From contig OZ059895.1 of the NCBI GenBank assembly GCA_964057225.1, forward strand, positions 3,968,001 through 4,032,000: a stretch of 64,000 bases of DNA, read 5' to 3'. The notes below the pieces were generated by a model. It made no database searches. It was not told the origin of the DNA and saw nothing but the letters and a program-made list of their open reading frames with translations. The DNA comes from Auanema rhodensis. Lineage: Eukaryota > Animalia > Nematoda. Made by a program: the position numbers and the translations under genes. Below, piece by piece: positions 53,919 through 64,000 of the stretch (its first letter is position 1; each line of letters begins with the position of its first letter).

Positions 53919-54167
53919 GAGAAATGAATTTTTCTGTTAGATTCTTTTCTTTATATACTATTTCTGGTTGCGTGACTTTACGTGACGTTCACGTAACGTT
54001 ATGACGTGTCACGAATCATCCGCCGCAAAAAAAAAACGACCGATTAACTCTTTTCACATAATTTGAATTACTTTTTATTTAAAATTAATATATATATATA
54101 TATTTTTTTTATTCTAGAAACTACACTATGCATCTACAAAATTTAATTTAATTCAATGTTGTTATAG

Positions 54168-57100
54168 CTAAAAGAACATAGTGTAGTCAATTTTTTCGAT
54201 ATTCCGAAGTCTATTTTTCCATAATTCTGGATTATTCTCTTTTATATTTTTTGGTTCATTACTTTTTTCATGATTTTGCAATGATTCACTGTTTATTCTA
54301 TGATTTTCTTCGTTATTTGGTGTATTTTCTGATATTTCCAGAGGGATGAGATGATTAATAGATCTGAGAAATCGATTCCCTTCAGAATTTCTAATTTTGA
54401 CGGTTCTGATCTCTCCATCTTGCGAATATATCAATTCTTCAATAATTGCAAGTGGCCATTTGTGTCTTTTTACGTTATTTTCAATGCATAAAACAATTTC
54501 ACCAACTTTGGGATTTGTTTTATTACAGTTTTTGTTGATAGCACTCTTGTTAGATAATGCTCTTAGTTCTTCAAGGTAAGTTAAAGACCATTCTCTCCAA
54601 AATTCCGAAATAGTTCTATTGCAAATACTCATCCAGTCTTTTATTTCGTTAATTTGAGATAAATTTGTTTTCTTTGCATTATCCGAGAATTCGCAAATGA
54701 GGTTTTCTGGATGGTAGTACTCTAGACTTTTAGGAGTTATTATTTTGTCAAAATCGTCATGTATGTACGATATAGGTCTCGAATTTATTATATTTTCAAT
54801 TTCTGTTAAAATTGTACTTAATTCATTGAAATAAACTGTTCTTGTTCCAAGTGTTTTTATTAAGTACTTTTTTGTTACTCCAATCAATCTTTCATAAAAT
54901 CCTCCTTTCCATGGTGAATAAGGAGTTATTTTTTGCCAGTTTACATGCTTTTTTTCAATGAAAGTTTCGAGAATTTTATCAGTTTTTGTAAACTGACTGC
55001 CGTTATCTGATATTATTTTTGTTGGTACTCGTTTTCGAGCAAAAAATTTTCTCAGATTTAGTGTTAATTCTTTACTGGAGATTGCTCCAGTAAAGATTGG
55101 CTTTGGCTAAATCCAAATATACTGCTCGTGTACACAGGCAAGTAATTAACATAATCCAAACCTTCTTGTCATAATTACTATTTGTTTTTACTAATAACGG
55201 ACCGGCGTAATCAATACCTATATTTTCGAAAGGTTTATATATTAGGACTCTTTCTTTTGGTAATTGAGGATAATTTGGGTATTTATATGGCCTATTATTT
55301 AATTTTTTACATTTTAAACATTTTGAAATTACTGTATTTATGCATGTTTTAAGTTTTATGATGAAAAATTCTCTTCTTACTATTGCCATCATGGTTTCTC
55401 GCGAACTATGAAGCGATGTCTCATGAATGTAAGTAAGAATGAGTTTAGTGAATGTTTTTTTTCCAAAAAGAAGAATTGGATACTGTTTGTTACTATTTTC
55501 TGAGTTGCCTAATCGGCCTCGCACTCTTAATATTCCAGAATCATCTGTAATTATATCCAATTTCTTGTATTTTTCTTTTTTAAGCAAAATGCTGTTTTGG
55601 TTTTGATGACATTTTATTAGAAGTTGTTGAATCATTTTGTTTTTTGTCAACGTATCTTTTTCATTAAAATTCTCAAGCAGATTTTGACTTGTTTTTCCGA
55701 TATTTTTCTGCATTTTAGTGATGAAAATTAGAACTTGGCGAATTATGTTAATGAACTTTGAATACGATGAAAAAGTTTGTGCCAAGAAATCTAAATCTTG
55801 ATTCTCAGCTGGATTCATATCAGATTTTAACAACAAAGTCACTATTTTTAGTTGTGGTTCATCACAATACTTTTCTATAACTTCTTTCAATGTTTTTATG
55901 TGCAAATTTCGTTCTTTTTCTGCTTTATACCATTGAGGACCTTCGATCCATTGCATATATGTTTCATCGGGTTTTTCTAAACCTCTCGTAGGTAAATCGG
56001 CAGGATTAAACTTTGTATTCACATAAAAAAATTCAATTTTTCGGTTTCCTTGTTCAATTTCGGTTATTAATTCTGTTATTTTGTTCAATCTGTTCTGTAC
56101 ATATATTTTTTTCGTTGGATTCTTATGTAACCAACATAGAACAACTTGTGAATCAGTGAAAATTTTAATATTTTTGATTTTTACGTTTATTTCTTTGATA
56201 TTTTCTTTTAACATTTTCATTCCGAAAAGAACAGCAGTTAGTTCTTTCATTGGTATGGTTCCTTCAACCATTGTCGATGATTTAGAGCATAAAAAATCTA
56301 TTTTTTCAATTTTTCCATGAATATTTATACTCATCACATATGCGACGGCCGCTATGACATCTTTAGACGCGTCAGTGAATAATAAAAATTCATATTTTTG
56401 AGATGTATCGCTTGTTTCATCGATAATTGCTCTTTTAATTTCGATTTTTTCGTTTTCGATCTTTTTATATAAGGTTTTTCATACTGATTGTTGTTTTTCT
56501 GGTATTAGTTCGTCCCATCCTATTTTGGAATCCCAAATTTCTTTCAAAAATAACCTTAGTTTTAATGTTAGAGGTTGTGTTATACCGAGAGGGTCGAATA
56601 TTGAGTTTATATAGCTCAAAATTCCTCTTTTGGTGATAGACTTCTCTTCCCATTTGGGTATTTTTATTAATAAAACATCTTTTTCACCGTTGTAATGCAT
56701 TCCTAGTATTTTGAAGCTTGTTTCTTTAATCTGGTCTTTGATTGGGATCATGTCTTTTTGAATTACATCATTAGTATAAAATTCTCTAACGTTCATTCCT
56801 ATTTTTGAAAATAAATTTTTTACTTCCTCATAAAATTTGAAAATTTGATCTTTATTTTCAATTTTCAGCATTATGTTGTCCACATAAATGTTTCTTAATA
56901 TATTTTCTGAGATTTCACTTTTTTCCGTTTTTAAAAAATAAATTATGCTTGCTGCTAATAGGAATGGTGAACTGTTCACTCCAAAAGGTATTCTTGTAAA
57001 TCGTAAGTTTAGAATGTTACTTTTCTGCGTTCCTTTGTGAATGTCTTTCACCCATAAAATTCTTGTTAAATCTCTATGATTTTCGTCTAATTCTATTTGG

Positions 57101-60100
57101 TGGAACGCTTTCTCTATGTCCCCTATTAAGAAGTTTCTACTCATTCTGAGTCTTATTAGCATGCCTGCAAGACTTGGTATGATGCCTTCACCTTGATACA
57201 GTATGTCATTGAGAGATTTTTCATTTTTCTTTTTACTTGATGCATTTAGAACAATTCTGAGCTTTGTAGTCAGGCTCGACAGTTTTAAAACATAATGATG
57301 TGGTATATAATAAGTGAAAAAAGGATGATTTTGCTCTGGAGCAATTTCTAGAATTCCAGTTTTCATTTGTTCCATCATTGTTTCGTTATATTTCATCAAA
57401 ATATCGGTTTTATCTTTCATTGTGTTCAGTATGCCATTCAAACATCCGATACTTTTGCCATAATTATCGTTAATTGATTGAACATCCGGTCTTATTGGAA
57501 ATTTAACTTTAATTCGATCATTTACATATTGTACATTATCGTAAAAATGTTTCCAAGCCATTTTATCTTCATATTTACGTATTTCTTCTTTAGTTGCTTT
57601 TTTATTATCATCATTTAAACTAATTCCGTTTAAAAAACAGCTTATATCTTCGTTTTGAACGGATTCTTTTGAATTACTATCATTACAGTCACTTTGAGCA
57701 ATAATAGGATGTATTATAGTTGGTATTATAATCAAATCATTACGTATATTAATAGATTTGAAAGTTTTTGGAACAAAATCGAAGAAATTGTCCATTCCTA
57801 TTAAAATATCTGGTTCTACAAGACCTTTTTCAAATAATAATGTATTACTTTTTAGTTTATATGCTTTGATTTCTTTAATATCCTCTTCATTTAATATGGG
57901 CATATTAACATATTTTGTAATTTGATCAATACTCATTAGTTTTACTGCTTTTTTAACTTCGGGAATATCCCACATAACTTCTCTAGATGATATGTTTTTT
58001 ATATTGTTATTTATGCTTGAAATACTTAAAGATTTTTCGTTTAAAATTTTTAAATTCAACAGTTTCGCTGTTTTTTCTTTTATAAATGATTGATGAGAGC
58101 AAGTATCGAATAATATTACTAGATTTTTATGATAAGTTTTGAAAAATGATATGAAAAATGTGTTATTTCTATTTTTTTCTGTGTTATTTATATTTTCTGA
58201 TAAAAGATTAGTTCTTATTATCCCTTTTCTATTACATTTTTCATTATTCGAAAATTTTGCCCTAACGGTTCTTGATTGCCACCTGTTAGTTGAAGTTTCT
58301 GGCCTCTCTCTTCATTAGCATAATATTTTCTTTCATTTTGGTTTGGGGTACCTTCATTAGCATATGCGTTTCTGTTGTTTTTGAGTGTAGTTTGCTCATT
58401 AGCATATTGGTTTTTTATGCAAATGCTTTGATGATGCCGTCCATTGCATATTTCGCATGGTTTTTCTTTACATTCGAATGATGAATGTTTTTTGCTAAAA
58501 CAAATCCAGCATACTTTGTTTTGCATAATAATATTTCGCTTTTCGCTAATTGGTTTCAATTTTCTACAGTATTTCGTATCATGATTATCCATTCTACAGT
58601 ATATGCATGTTTTTTCAATTTGTTTTGTAGGGCTATAATTATTTTCGTTCATTCTATTATAATTTTTTATTGTTTTCGGATTTCTTTCTTTATTTGAATT
58701 TGTTAAAAAATTAATTGTTGATCTATGCTCATATTTTTCACTTTTGCTGTTTTTTGTTGCTGCAATTCCTGCTTCTATTTTGATTTCTATGCATTTTAGC
58801 ACGTCTTCTATGTTCATTCTCCTTTTTTCTGTTATTTCTATTTCGGATATTTTTGTGTTGATCTCTATATCAAATTTGCTTTTTATTATTTCTATTATTT
58901 CATCATTATCAACGTTTTCGTACTCTTCTAATGCTGATATTATTGACTTAATTTTATAAAAATTTTCTCTTGCATGTATTGGGTTGTTATATGATTTTCT
59001 TACGTTACTAAGCTCCATTTTTAAATCTTTTTTAATTTCGTAAGGTCTATCAAACGTATCTTTTAACAATTTCAGAGCTTTTGCATAATTGTTCGCCTCT
59101 AGGCTGATGTGTTCCAACAGTTGTGATGGGAAGCCGGTAAGTGATGTTTTGAGATAGTATAATTTTTCTAATTTTGTTATTTTTTTATTATTATGTATAA
59201 GCATTTTGAACATGTTGTAAAATTCTTTAAATTTTTTGATTTCTCCATCAAATTTTTGTAATTCCATTTTTGGTTTGAATCCTTCATTTTTCATGATCTT
59301 GTGTTTGTTTTTTCCATAAGATATATTTTCTTCATCTGATTCTGTATTATATTCTTCATTACTTTCGTACTTTTCTGTTCTTTTGTGTATTTCACATTTT
59401 TTATGTGTTTTTCCAATTTCTTCATTATATTTCGTTTTTAATTCATTTAAATTGTTTGTCAATTGTTTTATTTTTGATAATAAATCGTTTTCTTTATATT
59501 GAACTGTTTGTTTTGCTCTTGGGGATATTATTAAATTAGGTGTACCTTTTTTGATTGGGGTTTGGTACACATATTTTGCATGTTTGCTTTTAAATTGGTT
59601 AATTTTGAAGTTGGTAGGAGTGAATCTTTATGATAACTTTTCGTATTCCGATTCTAAATCTTCTTCTGAAGAAAATTGAGTTTCCTCTTCATTATCTGAG
59701 GGTTCCTCTTCGATTTCGATTAAATCTTTTTGATTTATTGCTTCTAGGAAGTCTTTTGCATTTAATTTGAAATTTCTGATGCATAATTTTATTTCTTCTC
59801 GTGAAGCGCTTTGTATATCACTATTAAAATTTTTCGCAATAAAGTATATTTCATTTTTTATGCTTTCCCAGTTTTCAATTATGATTGAATTTTCAACTTT
59901 TTCTTTTATAATTGGAAAATCTTCTTCAATTCTGAGAGAAATCACACTTTCCATGAATCTAACAAAATAATTTAAGTATTCCTTTATTTCTGGTAAATAA
60001 ACTTCCATTTCGTTCAAATCTGAATCGAAAATAATTTTTATTTTTTCTCTTCTTGCTAATGTACAGTTTATTTTTCTTTGTATAGCTGATTTATAGGCAC

Positions 60101-60131
60101 TATTGTCATTTTTGTTTCCTTGACTGCTCAT
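54168..60131 (-). pseudogene. Family B gag-pol pseudogene, copy 5 (full-length gag)
   Basis: Gag runs from ATG 60131 with one in-frame TAA at 59628-59630 (the 167-aa and 450-aa ORFs share a frame). BEL gag motif PKMELQKFDG...EKLYYL and three zinc knuckles. Pol has the shared nonsense codon and 16-nt insertion; the 45 bp are retained (54404-54448). Confidence 0.95.
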
Positions 60132-60240
60132 TTCAGCTTATAATTTTTTTTTTCAATTAATTTTATAAGTTTATTCTCTGTTTGAGAATTGATCTTATTT
60201 TTGGAATTGATATTTCTTTTATGTTTGTGATTCTAGATTT

Positions 60241-60252
60241 GCCGATGCACCA
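60241..60252 (-). promoter_or_regulatory. Primer-binding site of family B (tRNA-Gly, 12 nt)
   Basis: TGGTGCATCGGC lies directly after the LTR2 end and ~110 bp before the gag ATG; complementary to the tRNA-Gly(GCC) 3' end. Confidence 0.92.
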
Positions 60253-60263
60253 CTTTTTATATC

Positions 60264-60391
60264 TCGAAATTAAAAGAGCAATTATCGATGAAACAAGCGA
60301 TACATCTCAAAAATATGAATTTTTATTATTCACTGACGCGTCTAAAGATGTCATAGCGGCCGTCGCATATGTGATGAGTATAAATATTCAT
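60264..60391 (+). repeat. 128-bp inverted copy of family B RNase H coding sequence
   Basis: Reverse complement of 56317-56444 (25211-25338 in unit 1); encodes FLLFTDASKDVIAAVAY. Confidence 0.95.
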
Positions 60392-60396
60392 TTGGT

Positions 60397-60470
60397 GTAT
60401 CGGTGGTTCAGTGGTAGAATGCTCGCCTGCCACGCGGGCGACCCGGGTTCGATTCCCGGCCGAAGCACCA
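60397..60470 (+). tRNA. tRNA-Gly(GCC), 71 nt plus encoded CCA; doubles as the family A PBS on the minus strand; acceptor stem imperfect, so possibly a pseudo-tRNA
   Basis: Cloverleaf with A box TGGTTCAGTGG, anticodon GCC at 60429-60431, T arm CCGGG-TTCGATT-CCCGG, and acceptor stem GTATCGG/CCGAAGC (one G:U, one A:A). Confidence 0.93.
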
Positions 60471-60765
60471 AATTTATATTCCGAAAAGATACAGAATATA
60501 AAAATAATGATTTATTCAATTTATAGTGATAAAACAGTTAATAATAAATGCGACTACGCGCTATGAGTCAACAATGTGAACTGATTTAAAAGTGAAGCAT
60601 TTGCCGTACGTCAGTTCACGTAAATATGACGTAAACTGTATACGACCGCTCACAACAGAAATATATTTTAAAATGAATTTACTTATTTTCTATTTAAAAC
60701 CAATTTTCTTATGTTTTACTTAAGTTAATGATTCATTACTTATTCTTTCGTATATATACGAAACA
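60471..60765 (-). repeat. LTR1 (family A 5' LTR), complete
   Basis: Begins TGTTTCG at 60765 abutting satellite and ends at the TGG of the PBS; 2 differences from 21153-21447 (60604, 60724). Confidence 0.95.
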
Positions 60766-63700
60766 TATGTTGAGTTTCCATGTACACTTAACATTGCTTC
60801 CAAAAACATTTTGACAAACATTTTTTCAAAAAATTTCAAAATAATTTAGCAAAAAGTAGATGTTTTTAGATTCATTTTTTTAAGGCAAAGACGATGGACA
60901 ATGTTATTCAACGAAAAAAATTAATTCTTCAGGGTGAAAATCGAGGATATAAGTGTGAACTTATATCAGTTGATATCTCGGTGCATTTTCAAGCTAGCGC
61001 AAATCTGATAACACAGATCGACGCAGCTTAAAAATCCGCATTGAATGCACTATACTTCATTGAGAAACGCTTAATACAAAACTTAGTTATGATCGTTTGA
61101 AAAATGATGCATTAGTGTATGTTGAGTTTCCATGTACACTCAACATTGCTTCCAAAAACATTTTGACAAAAATTTTTTCGAAAAATTTCAAAATAATTTA
61201 GCAAAAAGTAGATGTTTTTAGATTCATTTTTTTAAGGCAAAGACGATGGACAATGTTATTCAACGAAAAAATTAATTCTTCAGGGTGAAAATCGAGGATA
61301 TAAGTGTGAACTTATATCAGTTGATATCTCGGTGCATTTTTAAGCTAGCGCAAATCTGATAACACAGATCGACGCACCTTAAAAATCCGCATCGAATGCA
61401 CTATACTTCATTGAGAAACGCTTAATACAAAAATTAGTTATGATCGTTTGAAAAATGATGCATTAGTGTATGTTGAGTTTCCATGTACACTCAACATTGC
61501 TTCCAAAAACATTTTGACAAACATTTTTTCAAAAAATTTCAAAATAATTTAGCAAAAAGTAGATGTTTTTAGATTCCTTTTTTCAAGGCAAAGACGATGG
61601 GCAATGTTATTCAACGAAAAAAATAATTCTTCAGGGTGAAAATCGAGGATATAAGTGTGAACTTATATCAGTTGATATCTCGGTGCATTTTCAAGCTAGC
61701 GCAAATCTGATAACACAGATCGACGCAGCTTAAAAATCCGCATCGAATGCACTATACTTCATTGAGAAACGCTTAATACAAAAATTAGTTATGATCGTTT
61801 GAAAAATGATGCATTAGTGTATGTTGAGTTTCCATGTACACTCAACATTGCTTCCAAAAACATTTTGACAAACATTTTTTCAAAAAATTTCAAAATAATT
61901 TAGCAAAAAGTAGATGTTTTTAGATTCCTTTTTTCAAGGCAAAGACGATGGACAATGTTATTCAACGAAAAAATTAATTCTTCAGGGTGAAAATCGAGGA
62001 TATAAGTGTGAACTTATATCAGTTGATATCTCGGTGCATTTTCAAGCTAGCGCAAATCTGATAACACAGATCGACGCAGCTTAAAAATCCGCATTGAATG
62101 CACTATACTTCATTGAGAAACGCTTAATACAAAACTTAGTTATGATCGTTTGAAAAATGATGCATTAGTGTATGTTGAGTTTCCATGTACACTCAACATT
62201 GCTTCCAAAAACATTTTGACAAAAATTTTTTCGAAAAATTTCAAAATAATTTAGCAAAAAGTAGATGTTTTTAGATTCCTTTTTTCAAGGCAAAGACGAT
62301 GGGCAATGTTATTCAATGAAAAAATTAATTCTTCAGGGTGAAAATCGAGGATATAAGTGTGAACTTATATCAGTTGATATCTCGGTGCATTTTCAAGCTA
62401 GCGCAAATCTGATAACACAGATCGACGCAGCTTAAAAATCCGCATCGAATGCACTATACTTCATTGAGAAACGCTTAATACAAAAATTAGTTATGATCAT
62501 TTGAAAAATGATGCATTAGTGTATGTTGAGTTTCCATGTACACTCAACATTGCTTCCAAAAACATTTTGACAAAAATTTTTTCGAAAAATTTCAAAATAA
62601 TTTAGCAAAAAGTAGATGTTTTTAGATTCATTTTTTTGAGGCAAAGACGATGGACAATGTTATTCAACGAAAAAATTAATTCTTCAGGGTGAAAATCGAG
62701 GATATAAGTGTGAACTTATATCAGTTGATATCTCGGTGCATTTTTAAGCTAGCGCAAATCTGATAACACAGATCGACGCAGCTTAAAAATCCGCATCGAA
62801 TGCACTATACTTCATTGAGAAACGCTTAATACAAAAATTAGTTATGATCGTTTGAAAAATGATGCATTAGTGTATGTTGAGTTTCCATGTACACTCAACA
62901 TTGCTTCCAAAAACATTTTGACAAACATTTTTTCAAAAAATTTCAAAATAATTTAGCAAAAAGTAGATGTTTTTAGATTCCTTTTTTCAAGGCAAAGACG
63001 ATGGGCAATGTTATTCAACGAAAAAATTAATTCTTCAGGGTGAAAATCGAGGATATAAGTGTGAACTTATATCAGTTGATATCTCGGTGCATTTTCAAGC
63101 TAGCGCAAATCTGATAACACAGATCGACGCAGCTTAAAAATCCGCATCGAATGCACTATACTTCATTGAGAAACGCTTAATACAAAACTTAGTTATGATC
63201 GTTTGAAAAATGATGCATTAGTGTATGTTGAGTTTCCATGTACACTCAACATTGCTTCCAAAAACATTTTGACAAAAATTTTTTCGAAAAATTTCAAAAT
63301 AATTTAGCAAAAAGTAGATGTTTTTAGATTCCTTTTTTCAAGGCAAAGACGATGGGCAATGTTATTCAATGAAAAAATTAATTCTTCAGGGTGAAAATCG
63401 AGGATATAAGTGTGAACTTATATCAGTTGATATCTCGGTGCATTTTCAAGCTAGCGCAAATCTGATAACACAGATCGACGCAGCTTAAAAATCCGCATCG
63501 AATGCACTATACTTCATTGAGAAACGCTTAATACAAAAATTAGTTATGATCGTTTGAAAAATGATGCATTAGTGTATGTTGAGTTTCCATGTACACTCAA
63601 CATTGCTTCCAAAAACATTTTGACAAACATTTTTTCAAAAAATTTCAAAATAATTTAGCAAAAAGTAGATGTTTTTAGATTCCTTTTTTCAAGGCAAAGA

Positions 63701-64000
63701 CGATGGGCAATGTTATTCAACGAAAAAATTAATTCTTCAGGGTGAAAATCGAGGATATAAGTGTGAACTTATATCAGTTGATATCTCGGTGCATTTTCAA
63801 GCTAGCGCAAATCTGATAACACAGATCGACGCAGCTTAAAAATCCGCATCGAATGCACTATACTTCATTGAGAAACGCTTAATACAAAAATTAGTTATGA
63901 TCGTTTGAAAAATGATGCATTAGTGTATGTTGAGTTTCCATGTACACTCAACATTGCTTCCAAAAACATTTTGACAAAAATTTTTTCGAAAAATTTCAAA
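60766..64000 (+). repeat. Tandem satellite array, same 351-bp monomer (~9.2 copies), right arm
   Basis: Same monomer and orientation as the left arm; resumes at TATGTTGAGTTTCC directly after the LTR1 terminus. Confidence 0.99.

Larger units (their letters stand above)
21330..59184. repeat. Five-copy tandem macro-repeat. Units start at 21330, 29084, 36838, 44637 and 52391 (lengths 7754, 7754, 7799, 7754; fifth is partial)
   Basis: Identical ORF sets at those offsets; junction CAAAATG|TAAATCAGTTC at the start of units 2-5. Confidence 0.98.
52991..60275 (-). mobile_element. Near full-length BEL/Pao family B element (5' LTR remnant, PBS, gag, pol, accessory gene, 3' LTR2)
   Basis: All components are collinear on the minus strand; the 5' LTR is reduced to 23 bp. 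Confidence 0.92.

Noticed and set aside
60182-60526. 114-aa ORF
   Set aside because: Reads through PBS, inverted RNase H fragment, tRNA and LTR; a product of rearrangement.
60766-60771. Target-site duplication for the whole insert
   Set aside because: The left LTR is truncated at 16653 and joins a different monomer position, so no TSD can be tested.

Overview
AT-rich eukaryotic repetitive DNA with no host protein-coding gene. A nematode origin is inferred from the BEL/Pao lineage features and a 50-nt AT-rich intron, but is not proven. A 351-bp tandem satellite (1-16653 and 60766-64000, with higher-order repeats) is interrupted by a ~44-kb composite insert built from two related BEL/Pao LTR-retrotransposon families. 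Family A supplies a long pol ORF on the minus strand, a 695-bp inverted duplication, and LTR1 copies at both ends of the insert. Family B is degenerate and is amplified as five head-to-tail 7754/7799-bp units; the first four each end in ~2.9 inverted satellite monomers. Two features stand out. (1) Family B carries, between integrase and the 3' LTR, a gene missed by the ORF track: two exons, 150 aa, acidic/coiled-coil N-terminus plus a Gag-like triple zinc-knuckle, with its own TATA/Inr promoter and LTR-like ACGT motifs. Its frame is open in all five copies while gag and pol are broken. (2) The family A primer-binding site is a complete CCA-ended tRNA-Gly(GCC) with intact A and B boxes. The LTRs begin TGTTTCG but do not end in CA. 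Internal LTR copies run right up to the PBS boundary, as unprocessed cDNA ends would. All coordinates were read by eye and may be off by a few bases.
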